Notes under the pieces: model-generated
Told to the model about the DNA's origin: nothing
The model's input: only the letters and a program-made list of their open reading frames with translations
Database searches by the model: none
Translations under genes and position numbers: made by a program
Shown: positions 1 through 14,536 of the stretch, piece after piece
How the letters are laid out: every line of letters begins with the position of its first letter
Position numbering within the stretch: position 1 is the stretch's first letter
Source of the DNA: Tubulanus polymorphus
Taxonomy: Eukaryota > Animalia > Nemertea
Assembly (NCBI RefSeq): GCF_964204645.1
Contig: NC_134025.1
Coordinates: 29,306,299-29,370,298 of the forward strand
Direction: 5' to 3'
Length of the DNA: 64,000 nt

Positions 1-1315
1 CAGCAAGTCCGACTCTTTGATGCTGCAACGCAATCAGAAAACGATGGCGTCGTTCGATGTTAAAAATCAGCCTAGACACGCCTGCCGTCGGACGAAGGGT
101 CGGAAAGGACTAGGTGACGGAGATCTGGGCACCACTATCTTTCATTCGCACGTTCGATTAGTTTTGAGAGCCAAATCCGCTGACTCACAGGTCTGTTTAA
201 GATATGATCTTATTCTCATATAGAATTCTTACAAAATGAATGATTAACGGCTTGATATAGCTGATCCTCATAGATGACACATAATGATGTATTGCTTTAA
301 AAACAGCCCTCTGATATCAAAGAAAGAAAATATGAAGAATATTACTTAAGAATTTGCAAAAACCTTTTTCCTAAAAATTTCCACGATCTCAATTCAGAAG
401 AAAATATGAGATATTTATATATGTTTAAAGGATTCGATCTCCGATGATTCGTATGATGACTTATGGAGTTTAGGTCCCGGTCCTATTACACGCTTCAGAG
501 GTTGGATGGAACGAATACGCGAGAGAAGAGATCTACTCAAAGAAATTACTCAATCGGTAAGAATTAATCATCTAAATATCCAGTAAATTGTTATCAATAA
601 CGAGGACTCTGTGTTACCAACTATCCCGCTAGATGGCGTGCGTAACTATAGGACATAGGACAACCCGAGCAAATAAGTTCATTTTCAAATAAATCTTCGT
701 TTTAGCTTCCCAGAAATAAGACAAATCATGTCTCTTGATAAACTTTAGATAGATTAGCTCGATTTGTCATTCATCTCCAATAGAATTTGAGAAATTATGG
801 AAATATTTTGATTGAATCTGAGAATCGTTGTCCGAACGCACGCTATCGACACCTGGTGGGTCCTCGCTTGCCACAAGCGGAATCCTCGATTGCCACAGTC
901 GACTGAGGAGTCCTCATTATTCACCCCACATTTTTGATCCGTCATTCATTTCTCCTGTGTGATCAATTTTCCAGAATGAGATACGATCGACAGTGAAAGG
1001 AAGGATGCGCCAGGCTGCGATGGTTATTGGTTTTATTCCATTTCAAATAGATTTTCTTGACAATCCTCAATGAATCGATTTGTTTAACATTATTTTGCTT
1101 AAGCACTGCTGATTGGATATTTGATTTCAAGTAAAAACTAATTTGTCACGCGCTTACAATGTTTCGTTTCTGTTTTCATCCGAACTATCCTATACTCCAC
1201 TCACTGATCTGTTGGGGAAAATCCAAATCTTACACCCGAGAGTGTTTTTCTGTTTCACCAGGAGGATTTCGACCGATTCTTACGAGGCATTCTCGCTTAT
1301 ACAGGACACAACTGA
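1..1315 (+). CDS. Possible 3' end of an unidentified spliced gene (exons <1-190, 431-556, 975-1022, 1262-1315)
   Basis: Four AG..GT bounded segments join in phase 0 without stops (...RAKSADSQ|DSISDDSYDDLWSLGPGPITRFRGWMERIRERRDLLKEITQS|NEIRSTVKGRMRQAAM|EDFDRFLRGILAYTGHN*), followed by AATAAA at ~1412. No recognisable domain; two donors are weak (gtctgt, gttatt). Confidence 0.35.
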
Positions 1316-3475
1316 TCTAAGCGAGAAAAGTACGATTAGTTGTTTTACTAGGCTGTAGAATATGGCTGTCCTGTTATACATGTTATACACAATTTTCCAC
1401 AGTGCGGAACCAATAAAGCTCTCGTGTAGATTATTTATGCTCATAAGTCTGGTACTATGAGTTTCGCTAGGGTAAATTTCTTATCACAAAATTACAGGCG
1501 CCATTTTTGTTGCGTCGCTTTTTCGTAGTGAGAATTCAATTCGATGACGCGATCCCATCCATCAATTCGCATATCGACAGCCGCTTTTGGCGAGGTCTTT
1601 TAATTAAACACGAATTACGTGTCGGAAAGGGCTAAAAATAATTGAAACCGTCACCGCCGAGGAGAACATTCAATAAAACCCAACGCAGCAAACCATATCC
1701 TATATCATACGATATAGCAACGTGATCGGGGCATCAGAAAGCTGTAATTTATAGTTGATAGCAATCTTTGCTTGAATTCACGCGGGATTCGGTTGTAAAA
1801 TGCGCTTTATCGATGTCGTTAACGACAAAAGGCGAGATTAAAAATAGATTGATCTCGAATCAAACAGAAATGTCAATACGGAGCTGACGCAAACAGATAT
1901 CACTGCTATAACGAACGGATACAAGCAATCATTTCATTCGAAATTAACTCAATATGCAAACAATTCGATTCCTCGTTCCAAGCGTTTCAATGTATTTGTG
2001 TCGATCTGCAACTTTTACTGAGTATTTCCATCGATTCACCTCATCGTTTATTGATAAAGCATATCCCTTGATTTAGGAGCAACCGCCCAGTTGATAGCAA
2101 CAAGATCATATTTGACACCTGATCTGTAGAAAGCGAGTTCCAAACATCGTCTCCTCCATTTTGATAGATAAATTCTGATTTTAATCTTCTAAATTAGTAC
2201 ATAGTGGTTTTTGTCATATAAAAGATCTCACAGATAAGGCGAGAATGATTTATGATTTGTAGATTGATAAATGAACTGCATTTTATCATTAGTTTAAATC
2301 ACGTCAATACTTAATTGTAATAGATGTTGCATAAATAGTTTTTTTTCGATTCCAACCTGTGTCTATTTTCTTTTCTATGAATAATTCACTATATGTTGGG
2401 TAATCGCGGGGATTTTTTAAAGAAGCGACATTTGCTCGATATGTGCCCGTTATTTATCATTTGCCGTTTCACCAATCAGAAGCAATAGATAAAATTAGAT
2501 GAATACGATCGACGTGGAACCACCGATCTTAAGTCGGATTATGTTCCGGGATTGGGTTTCTACGGGCGGCCGTTGCTCCACGACATCCAGGGATTTCTCG
2601 TCCATTTGACAGATGTTTTGTAGCTGACAACAAATCGATGGCGGCCGCGATTGGTTTAAAATTTGCTCTTAACGACAAGAAGCACCAGTTGATGCCAAAA
2701 TTAACAATGGCGATGACAAGATGCTACCTGATACTTCTACCGATAGTAAGAGAAGATATTGAGACCGGGTCGACGGGTAATTGAAGCGCGTATTCTGTCA
2801 CGATACTGAACACTTAAAAGGCTTTGTCGAGCAGTTTCTAATTACTGCAATTACGATTGGAATTCGCACTGAGAAACTTATTCAACACGCTACCCGTTAA
2901 TGATTACTATCGCTTTAATTCAGGTAGGATTTCTAAGGCGCTCATCAGATTTATTCACTGTTCATTGCCGGCACGAAATGTAGAGGTTTAGTTATCTAAA
3001 TATCGTCTAGATGCGGGACGCATTATTGTACTCGGCTGTTTTAGAAGTCGGATTACACGCATAGTACTGACATTTTACAGGATTTGTTGAATGCGTTTAG
3101 TTTAGGGACATCTAGATAAAACAACGGGAAAACTTGCCTGCTCTTTTCAAATGGTAATCAATTCATGAACAACAATCGTTTTATTTTCGATACATCGCTG
3201 GAAGTAGAGTCGAGTTGAATTTAATTGAATGAATTTAATTTGTTACGGTTGGAAGTCGATTAGTTGCAGACGGTGTATATGACTTAACGCTATCGACAGT
3301 TCTGTCGACATTGCAAGAATGCTGAGCCACAAAAGTATAATTCTTCGAGTTGTTCTTCGTTCATCAATTTATAACATTCGCCGGAGCAGCGATTCGAAGT
3401 GTTTAATGGCTCGATGATACATTTATAAAGCGATCTTGAAAGCGAAGACTAGTTAGTTGTTTTTCTATATGCTGA

Positions 3476-3968
3476 ATGTATACGAACAGACGATGGATGG
3501 CTATCCGCCCTGTTAGTGGTTCTCTGTTTAAACGGAGGGATATCCCACCGGTACTTCTTCTTTTGTTTCTGATCGTTCTGATAATGTTGACTTTATCGCA
3601 AATCCTTGTCGTCCACAATAGTCGTTACGGACGCGGCATTGCGCATATCAGAAAACTTCAAATGGAATTGCGAGAATTCGACGCTACGATAAAAAGTCTG
3701 ATTAGACAGAACATTCCATCGGTGGAACTTCACGAGAAACTACTGCAGAACGAGATTAACAAAAGCAAATTTCGGAGGATAATCAGCAATTCGAAAAAAA
3801 TTAGGATTATTCCTAAGTTTTTCTGGGGATTCAGGAAGCATAATTTGGCATTCGATCGAAGTTTACGATATTCCATGAATGATGACATTACTAAGGATTT
3901 AAGTCGACATTTGAGGAAATACCATCAGCAGAAAATGGCATATTGCGAGGCGATTCCCCCGAGTTTAG
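3476..3968 (+). CDS. bre-4: Variable N-terminal coding exon A of GT7 beta-1,4-GalNAc/Gal-transferase (cytoplasmic tail, TM, stem)
   Basis: ATG at 3476; type II signal-anchor RDIPPVLLLLFLIVLIMLTLSQILVVHN; ends YCEAIPPSL then G|GTAAGT donor, phase 1, in frame with the exon at 35913. Predicted isoform 429 aa. Symbol denotes family, not proven orthology. Confidence 0.8.
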
Positions 3969-5457
3969 GTAAGTTTAACCAAATACTAAAACACGGATGT
4001 TTTTTTTAAGTCAGTTCTAAGGTTTGGTATCGATATATCATACAAAGTATAGCCAAGCGTGGATTGACTACGTGATGTACTTTCTTCGGAGTTTCTGATA
4101 TGATCGTCTTCTATTTGCGGATATGTTGCGCATTAAGATCCTTTGAAGACGGTGCGTGTAGCTTCATCGATTCAGACGGTTCTATACCCGTCGATTTTAC
4201 GTTTGGCAGTGATATTTATTCGATAGAATGTTTATACGAAGCTGAAATCTGTAGGTAGGCTGCGTTATACACAAGACCTCTCCTAGTCCCCTAGCACTCC
4301 TTTCTTCACATGACGGTCGTATTTGCTGAAATATACGTTTATAAGCAAACACTTACGTCTACTCGACTAGGAATAATGAAATCAATTTCGGAAAAATCCA
4401 TAATTTCCTCCCGAAGACCACAGCGAGTTGGAGAATGATATCGGAGAGACGTAAGACGTGTAGAAAAAGTATAAATTCGCGGTAATTCAACTGCGAAGGA
4501 CGAAAACAAATCTATAAAGCGATTTATACATGGGATATTCAGTTTTGTCTGTTTGGCACTCTCGAATATCTATTCATTTTTTGCCAGCTCGTTACCGACT
4601 CGTTCTGTTTTTCTATATGCATAAAATGGTGTTATTTTTAGCTGCAGGACGATGCTCCCAATTACCCGATCCATCATCGTATATGAATCTACGAAGCTTC
4701 TACTGCAATAAACAGATAAAAACATTAATCAATGAGATTCCTATCGATTTCTGAGGAAATTGGTTGCACTTCGACCGTCCGCTCTCTAAATCCCGCTTTA
4801 TTAGGTTAACCGTAGACGTCCAGAATCAAGCTGCACTGTTTCCAGTTGAAATCTAGCTCTAAAGGTGAAATGTGCATTAATTTGCCCTTATAAGTTCTTT
4901 TAAAAATCCACTATTTTTTATTCAACATTTTTTGCTACAATATTCTTCATTTCCCAGTACTTCTTATATCTGAATTTAAAATCAACCCGTAATGCCGACC
5001 CCAAATGATAACTGTTCATTTCTTATGTTATTCTTTACCGAGCAGCACGGTCTACATGAGGTGGCATAGGTTTTGTTGATAAAGATGACCTTGATTTGAA
5101 TTTTCCAGCCTGATATGATATACGGTCAGTTATAAGATTAGTTCATCCATCATTTGACCGTAAGATATCGATGATTCTGAAAGTGATGCAAGTTGCCAGG
5201 GATCCCTCATCCGCCATCTATCTATTGAAACGATGTGAATAAACGTCAGTAGCAACGATTATTCTTGCCTGATAACAACAGATGATGCTTAAAGCATAAG
5301 ACAGTCGCATCGTTAATTCATAAAGCTGTAAGACTCGAACCGCCTGCGCTCCAAGTGGTGAATGTCCATAGTTTCAAACTTTATTAAATAGCATGGTCTT
5401 TGTTGACAGGAATATGCACGTATCATGGTCATAAGTCGAAAAGATACACAATACCCG

Positions 5458-5684
5458 TATAAGATGAGAGAAATCCTTCAGTAATTCAGCCAAAGATGAA
5501 AAGTTCTTGAATAGAAGTGTAAATATATTTGAGCAACGTTTCGGCTAAAGATCATCATACCATCATACAGTACACGTGATGATGGCTAATAGTCTTCAGC
5601 CGAAACGTTGCTTAAATATATGTACACTTTTATTCGTGAACGTTTCATCTTTGGCTGAATTACTGAGGGATTTCCCTCGTATAT
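5458..5684. mobile_element. Palindromic Penelope-like remnant with degenerate hammerhead motif
   Basis: Imperfect inverted repeat (gagagaaatccttcagtaattcagccaaagatgaaa ... tttcatctttggctgaattactgagggatttccctc) centred on gTGATGA-tggct..agcc-GAAACGTT. No TSD found. Confidence 0.55.
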
Positions 5685-6938
5685 AATGGACATATGCATT
5701 GATCTGCAATCAAGTTCACACCTCTGATTTAAAGTTCAGAAACCAAGTCGAAAAATACCGAGTTAGTTATGGCGATAACGCAATTTTGCTATAAGTCACA
5801 CTTCGGTGTTTTAAACGCCGTTCAAGAATGTATAAATGACGACAGATTGGAAGATTGGAAAACCAATGATTTATAGCATCATTTATATATATATATACCT
5901 AGTTTCTTGTGCTCGATATCGTTTCGTTGAGTTATTAGCCCCGGATTAATAATCTTTTTCGAAAATCAACGCATTTCAAGTCATTCGTAACGAGAGAGAT
6001 GTGACGACGTAACGGATGTGACGGTTCCTGTGCAGCGATACCGGAACTGGCGGTATCAAATTAATGGACGTGGCTGATTTACCAAAACACCACCAGGGAG
6101 AGAGAAAGGGAAGTTCATTATTACGGCTGAATAGACGCGATGAAAGACCTCGATGTAGAAGTCAGGATACATCGAAGTACATTAATTAATGTGTAACAAC
6201 TACACGTCAACGCTACTGCCACATATTCCTCTAATACCATTTGACTTATAACATCGCGTTAAATCTCATACACGACGACCGTTTACTAGCAATGGGCGCC
6301 TGGGATTACGAATCAATTGCCCTTGACTCCCTGTGGCCGTCTGAAGCATTCAGGCATAAATCACGCAGTTTAACGTCCGTTTTGACATTTTGGCCTCGAT
6401 GAAATTGTACGAAAACGCTTCGATCGACGGAAAAAAAATGATTGATTTCCAAGATAGTTTTCTGCTCAGATCTACAATCCATAGTAGATGAAATGAGTTT
6501 GTCTCTCGGTGTTTGAGATATTCGAGTCTGATCTCGGCGGTTGGGATTTATCGATCCTCGCAACTTCACTAGAAAAAAAACCCATTTTGCGGCGAACAAC
6601 GTCTCTAATTATTTAAAGCAATTTCTGGCTGAGTGGTTTCGAAAGACTGTTTCATAATTTTCTCACTGATGGCGGAAAGCAATTTTAGTTAAGAAACACA
6701 TTCGCTCAAAGTTCTAAGTACTCCGGTGTCACACGATAACTTCTAAAGTATTATAGCTCTAATCTCTGGTGACATCAAGTAATGAAGCACGAACCGCGTT
6801 CTTTAAAACCTCACTGGAGTCGATCTATTTCAAAAACTTATTTCAGACAATAGAACGGCTACTAACGCACTGAGACGTGTAGAATAAATTATAACCTCTC
6901 AATTTGAATTATCAAAAAAACGAAATTCATCAAAATGT

Positions 6939-8161
6939 AGGTGCACCAGGACGTAAAGACTGATTGAAAAATGAATCAATTGCTGAAACGACGTCTGCCC
7001 GAATGATCAAACCTATTCTAGATCCCTCGATTACAAAACCAGGTACACCAGGACGTAAAGACTGATTGAAAAATGAATCAATTGCTGAAACGACGTCTGC
7101 CCGAATGATCAAACCTATTCTAGATCCCTCGATTACAAAACCAGGTACACCAGGACGTAAAGACTGATTGAAAAATGAATCAATTGCTGAAACGACGTCT
7201 GCCCGAATGATCAAACCTATTCTAGATCCCTCGATTACAAAACCAGGTACACCAGGACGTAAAGACTGATTGAAAAATGAATCAATTGCTGAAACGACGT
7301 CTGCCCGAATGATCAAACCTATTCTAGATCCCTCGATTACAAAACCAGGTACACCAGGACGTAAAGACTGATTGAAAAATGAATCAATTGCTGAAACGAC
7401 GTCTGCCCGAATGATCAAACCTATTCTAGATCCCTCGATTACAAAACCAGGTACACCAGGACGTAAAGACTGATTGAAAAATGAATCAATTGCTGAAACG
7501 ACGTCTGCCCGAATGATCAAACCTATTCTAGATCCCTCGATTACAAAACCAGGTACACCAGGACGTAAAGACTGATTGAAAAATGAATCAATTGCTGAAA
7601 CGACGTCTGCCCGAATGATCAAACCTATTCTAGATCCCTCGATTACAAAACCAGGTACACCAGGACGTAAAGACTGATTGAAAAATGAATCAATTGCTGA
7701 AACGACGTCTGCCCGAATGATCAATCCTATTCTAGATCCCTCGATTACAAAACCAGGTACACCAGGACGTAAAGACTGATTGAAAAATGAATCAATTGCT
7801 GAAACGACGTCTGCCCGAATGATCAAACCTATTCTAGATCCCTCGATTACAAAACCAGGTACACCAGGACGTAAAGACTGATTGAAAAATGAATCAATTG
7901 CTGAAACGACGTCTGCCCGAATGATCAAACCTATTCTAGATCCCTCGATTACAAAACCAGGTACACCAGGACGTAAAGACTGATTGAAAAATGAATCAAT
8001 TGCTGAAACGACGTCTGCCCGAATGATCAATCCTATTCTAGATCCCTCGATTACAAAACCAGGTACACCAGGACGTAAAGACTGATTGAAAAATGAATCA
8101 ATTGCTGAAACGACGTCTGCCCGAATGATCAATCCTATTCTAGATCCCTCGATTACAAAAC
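6939..8161. repeat. Tandem array, 102-bp unit x ~12, nearly identical copies
   Basis: Unit gtacaccaggacgtaaagactgattg...gattacaaaaccag repeats every 102 nt; an aaacct/aatcct variant appears in three distal copies. Confidence 0.95.
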
Positions 8162-9416
8162 AACCTCCAAAGAATGGAATTATGAGAATTTTTATTTCGT
8201 ATTTGACAAATCGTACCCTTGTTTCGCATATCGCATTAGAAGCGTTTGTGTCATGTTGAATACTACGCGCACTGTCTACTGTTTGGAAATCCATTGGCAC
8301 CGAAATAATGTGACTGTTCACTCGTTGCCATTATTTTAATGAGTCTGGCCTCAACGGGTCGACAATATTTGCTCGTATGATCGATCTGTAGGATATTATC
8401 TGTTTAGTATGTCGAAACAAATTGATAGTTTCATAACGCGAATTGAAAATGATAGATTGCACCGGCGGCAAAGGTTCAATTCACTATAACACTTGAAATT
8501 GATGAAGTGAATGAAACGGAACGTCACCTACACCCCCCGGCATCCTAAATATATATCGATCGTAGGATATTCAAGAAACAGACGACCTCTGAATGTAAAT
8601 GATGAATATCCATGATTATGCTCGTAGAATACGGAGGACATAGTTTTCTACACGGTTTCGTCGTCGATACGGATTGGGAATAATTCGTTTTAATATGAAA
8701 CAGAAAGTTCAATATGAACGAATGTGAAATAACGTGTGCATAATTATATACATGGAAAATAGAAAAATCAAAGAATACATTGTTTGTTGAAAATTCCGTT
8801 GTGAGCGGTAACTGTAATCTCGGTCGTTGCCGCGAAATATCAAGATGCGTGGAAACATTCGATGACATTTTTGCTGACATGATATAAAGGACCAGTTATA
8901 AATCACGCATACTTTTAATATCGGTTTGTACTGTAGCGTGATGTTGTGTTGCAGGCAATACTATTACTATAAGCCAGCTCGTATTGTCACTTGTGTCATC
9001 ACAAACATCCATGATTCATCGCTTTTATATTTATTAAACGGCGACCCGGTTTCATCACTTTTTCCATTCGTTTTCGACGTAATTACGGCAAATTGTATAC
9101 AAAGTGCTTTCCGTATGAAAGTCGTCTGCTCTCGTACCGGTAATGTTTGCAGCGTCGGTTGTCAGGTCGTTTTATAACTACAGAAGGTAATATTACACGA
9201 TAATATAGCGATATTGCTACTCTACAATTTCCTATATGTTCGTAAATCACAATTCAGCAGCATCAGTCGTAGTAGGTATTTGTGTGTCGTGCGTGTTCGT
9301 GTATCGAATCGCGTGTTTGCGTCCGTACGGTCCCAGACCAGTAAAGGTTCATACGACGCATGCTCTAACAGTTAGATTATCTGACGAAACTACTAAGTCA
9401 GGCGCGTGTTGCCCTT

Positions 9417-9437
9417 CCTCTCTCTCTCTCTCTCACT
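9417..9437. promoter_or_regulatory. (CT)n/GAGA tract upstream of variable exon B
   Basis: ctctctctctctctc ~180 nt before ATG 9609; similar tracts precede exon C (~23054 and ~23325). A regulatory role is inferred only. Confidence 0.25.
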
Positions 9438-9608
9438 CAGCTATCACATTCTATAATCACTCATCTGCAATTCAGTTTTCAAGCCGCGTTCGTGTAAAAT
9501 CATCGTGTTATAGTGATACCAGTTAAAGCTGAGATGCTTTGAGTTAAGTTTTCTCGATATATGAGATTTTATCTTCCCAGAGTTCTGGACGCAGCTTTTT
9601 GTAACTGA

Positions 9609-10092
9609 ATGTACAGCACCCGGAGATGGATGGCTTTCAGACCACTGACTGGGAGTTTCTTCAAAGGGCGGGACATCCCGCCCGTTCTGTTGATGTTACT
9701 TCTGATAATCGTAGCCATGCTGACAATTTCGCAGATACTGGTTGTCCACAACGTCAACGGACAGCGGACGAACAAATTTCAGGAGATTCAAAGACTGAAA
9801 AGACAACTTCGCGAATTCGACGTAATGTTACGGCGATTATGGCGTGAAAAGGTTCCTTCGATCGACATTACTAGAAAACTACTCCGAAACAGGATTAACA
9901 TGAACAAGTTTACGAGTATTCTCAGTACCGCGCTGAAGTTAGAAAACGTTGGAAAATTTCAAAACGGAATTATCAATACAAATATAAACCCGATATTACG
10001 GAATACGCTCACCGAAAAGGAAAACGCGAACAACGTATTCACTCGACAATCCGGACGCATTCCATATTGTCCTAAGATTCCACGAAATCTGG
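9609..10092 (+). CDS. bre-4: Variable N-terminal coding exon B of GT7 beta-1,4-GalNAc/Gal-transferase
   Basis: MYSTRRWMAFRPLTGSFFKGRDIPPVLLMLLLIIVAMLTISQILVVHN...YCPKIPRNL then G|GTAAGT donor, phase 1; paralogous to exon A. Predicted isoform 426 aa. Confidence 0.8.
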
Positions 10093-13000
10093 GTAAGTTA
10101 CAAGCTCACATGAATACACATCTACTTATCATTTTAAAAGTCGGCTTTGCTGAACTCTGCTAGATTAATGAACTTGGACGCGTTTGTAAGATATGATCAG
10201 TAATATGAGGAATGAATAACGGATTCACTATTTTACGGCGAGTTGGTGATGATAAAGCTATAAATGAAGCTAAAAATTTGGTTGTGCTCAATTAGTTAAT
10301 GGAAACGATGGTTAATGTAAGCCGTATAACTGGTTCGATAAGAAGCATTTGAAAAGAGCATTTTTATTACGTGGTGAATGAGTAATCTTTATCCCTTTAA
10401 CCGATACCTGTGTATCAGGCACGTGCGTGGATCAATCATAGTGGATCGTAGTATTTTTTTATGAATCGTTAGAATGAGCATCAGCGCTAAAAAATTACAC
10501 GCTGTTCATTTATGTTCTAGCCCGGTATTGTATACACACACACCTGCCTTTACTACGCGTTTATATGCTTCATCATGATCAATAATGAAACAGATTTGCT
10601 GTTTTTAGAATAACATATAACATCCATTATGAAACACGATGGAGCCATCTTAATGTAGCATTTACGTGATCCGCACATACTGAGGTGCACTCAACAGAAA
10701 CAAATCACTTTCCCCAGGTATTTCAAGCGTCTCGTTGCTATTCACGTTCATTTATATCGTTTTTACGAGATATTCCAATCGTAGAGCCGCACCAGCCCCT
10801 CTTACCCGACTTAGTGGTATTATCTTTGCAAGACCTCCTCACCTGCCACAGGTAATGCACTGACGTTACAATTATTGTTCAATCGCGTCACATTGGACGT
10901 CTCTTTCTACTTTTTAGTTCTTTTTACTTACGCTTGACGTCCAACATGACGTGTAGTGACGTCATAGGCTTTAACTTTAAAGGCATACATCATGATAATA
11001 ATGGCTGCGAGTGATAATAATACCCACACTTCCAGCGATAAGCATACAACTTATGAAGCGTTTTGACGTTTATTCTTCCCTCGAAGACAAAACAAAGGAA
11101 CACATTGTTTAGACGATGGTGGTTTTTGTGCGCAACGTTTTTTTTTCTGCCGCTTAGATCGACTCTACAAGCACCTGCTTGTTCTTAGATAGCGGAAGAC
11201 GAAAAGGAATCTACTATTACGACTGCAGGTCACGTAGGTAATGAGGTATTACGTCTATATCGAGTAATCCTAAGACGTTTCATGTCTATTCGACCGTTTA
11301 TAAACTTATCTAACCAGTTAATTAACCAAACGTTAATTGGGTAAACAAGGCAGATGAATAATGTAAGTCAGTTATTGCTGAAGGTAAGCTTTCAAGCTGA
11401 ATGATTTACGCATATATAACTATCCAACTTGCGAAGTGGTATCGATGAAATACCTTTGAGATAAGTGCGCACAAATAGGTAAAGACATCTGGTGTCTTAA
11501 TTCTGTAGGTAAAATGCGTCAGATCTACGCCGTGTAGTGTGAAGATGTTACAAGCAGATTTCGCAAATCGGGTATCTTCTATACATCGTTTTAAACTAAT
11601 GCGGAGGAAGGAACTTATTAACTTAAATGTTTTCCGTAACGAATGTGTTAAGGGTTGCGGAAACAGGAGACCAGGAATATGTCAGATGTTTAATTCATGT
11701 ATTTTGAAAATGAAATACCGAACAAGAAAACGAACTTGAGAATTCATTAACAATTTCGGCAACCAGTCTAGCCCCGATATATTGATGATGTGGTGCACAT
11801 CCGTTCAAAATATAATCATCAAAATTTATCAAAAATATCAATGTATACGAACTTTATTCTAACAGTTTTTACGGCATAAAAATCTTTGTACGCCCAATTT
11901 AATTTTTGAAAATTGACAATATGAATATCGAAATTGGACATGAAATTCCCGATGTTATAGAATGATTACACTCGCAGGGACAGCGCCACTGATGATTTTC
12001 GTTGTCGTTGATTCCGCATGAATTCGTCTTTAAAAAAAAAGTAAATCTAAGCAGAATTTAACGACCCGGCATCAAACAGGGCATGTGTGAAAAATAACCC
12101 CGAGAGCTAAGATGAGGCAAGATATAATTCATCACGAGTAGAGTATGGTGATTTTACAGATCATTGGTGACATATTGCTGTAGATATAAATAAACTGCGC
12201 TGTTGTGGGGGGGGGGGTGCGGGGGTGCCGATCGCGCTCACGGGTATAACACACTTCATTGGACCTAATGCCGCTGTACTTTGTAAAAGGGACCCGCGGG
12301 ATGTATTTGACAACCGCTTAAGACATCGACGCTATTTCCCGAGCATCCTGCAGTGGGAAAAAGTCTTCGACAATTCCATAGTCTCAACATATACCGCAAT
12401 ATGAGTCAATCTCTATTACCCTCAAAGCTATACGTTTCCGGATTCATAATTACATTAAGGTTGGCAATTTTCTGTGAAAGTGACACGCCATCAATTTCAG
12501 CGTTCGTTCTACGACAAACAACGTCTCACTAATGGTAGATTTACGGTAGAGGTTTCTCATGCTGCTGATATAATCAGATCTGGCATCTGCTACAGTTTTC
12601 TCGATGAAACCTGTATCGGTCAAAGCAGGACATGAAACAATAACGATTCATTATGAACTAAGACTTCTGTACATCGGCTGATTCTGAGACCCGGTCATTG
12701 TTAATGCGAGTCGGTGTTTGTCAGGGGAGTGATCTAACCGATTTGATGCGAGTGAAATCGTTGTTGATCACCATTTCACCTTATTGCATCATGAATTCCT
12801 CTGTATATATCATAAATATATCAGTATTATGCGTGATCTACGCGGTGTCTATATATCTGGACCGTCCAACCGGATATTATATGATCCGAACGTCGAGTCC
12901 AGGCGGAATGACGGGGTAGATTAAGATTTTACAACGAGATAGCCGTTTGCTTAATAGAAAGACGCGATACCATCACGGGTATATACCGCGCAATTTATTA

Positions 13001-14536
13001 CTAGGTCCCTAAGCTCATTTAGCATTCTCTATCAAGTTTTCTTCTGATGCCAAGATTCTATCTATCAATCGTATATAAATTATGCACGGCGCCCGCATTG
13101 AGAACTTAATTCGCTTGGTACTTATATAATGTGTGGGAATATGACGGCAGCGTTAGATAATGGACTGTTTTGGTCGACTGACTTCGTGAGGTTGAAGATG
13201 GATTAATTCGGTTCCCTTGTCGATGATGATTAAATCCTCGAGATGAAATCTTGCTACTGCTGGCGTTTTGCCGATAATCAACTGATAATTATTCGACACA
13301 ACTCGTTTTAACGTTTCAACGTTTCATTCCGTGTTTTAAATCGGTCGCTTGCTTCCATCTTAAAACGTCGAGCGAATCTTCCCCGAAGCCATCGGCGAGA
13401 AATAGAAATAGTGATTTTAATTGCGTTATAAGATCCGCTCTAACAGTTTCTCATATCGAGTTAACTTCCAGTCAAAATCAGTTGATTTTCAACGTTTAAC
13501 TCTGTAACCCAGAATCTAGGTATTCATCTGATGTGACGACGTCATCGTATGACGTAGTACATGAATTAATGTCTTCACATTCTAGACACTTTGTTGCAAT
13601 CATTTTTATCTTCTAATTTATGAATTTATGGTAATAAAGTATTTGCTTGAAGAAAAAAAAGATTAATGCATACGTAAATATTGTGACGTCCCTGGTCACC
13701 CCTTAATTTCGCCATTTCATTACATGACGTTGAATGTAATCAATCTTAATTGTAAATGTACTCGCGATTCGTGTTTTACTGGAATTAAGCTTCAGGGAAT
13801 CCTGTAAACCTCGTTTTATATTCTGCTTGTATTGATCATTCTTTGATGCGTTTTCATGAAGTTTCTGCTCGTGGTTTGATAGATGGGATTCTTAAAGAAA
13901 ATGCGGATAATAATACGCCCAGGAGACGAATTGCAGTCACATATATTTGTCGTCAGGTGTGGATCCCTAGAGCTATCTGTCATAATCATGTTCAACAAAC
14001 AGAATAAATGTCTACATGGCGATGCAGTTTATTCCTTAAGATTTACGTTTATTTCTTACTCTATTCAATTACCAACACATTCTATTAAGATAATTATCAT
14101 GATTAGATCAGATTATCTTCGGTGAATAATCGATACTTCGCAGTAATCTGGGTCTGGAATGTGGAAACGTTCAAACCCATGAAAATTCAACTGCAATTTA
14201 GAACAGCTAGTATTTTGGCAGTTTGAAAATGCTTTACTTCGGCTTCATCCAGTCCTGAGAGTGGCCAGTTCGCGGCGCTCCGTATACTGCGTGTACTAAG
14301 AGCTCGCGTGAACCAATACCACTGACACAAGGTTCTCTGACACAAGAGATAAACTATCATCTAGGCTGATAAGGCACACAGGGTTTAAATTTTGGTGGAG
14401 AACTCCTTCAGTGGCTGAGATGGCAAATAGGGTTATGGTATTTTTGGAGCACTCCTGATTAGGCTCCGTAATGTGCTGCCATCGCGTGTCCAAAAATAGC
14501 AAACCCGGAAATAAATCATTTAGGTCTGTCTGCAGA

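Noticed and set aside
6939-8161. CRISPR array or tandem hammerheads (ctgattga...gaaacgacgtc in each unit)
   Set aside because: There are no unique spacers and the DNA is eukaryotic; the putative core has an extra base and stems I and II do not form.
6930-8321. 463-aa - strand ORF as a real repeat protein
   Set aside because: It is a by-product of a 102-bp tandem repeat; there is almost no synonymous divergence between units, the start is GTG and no domain is recognisable.
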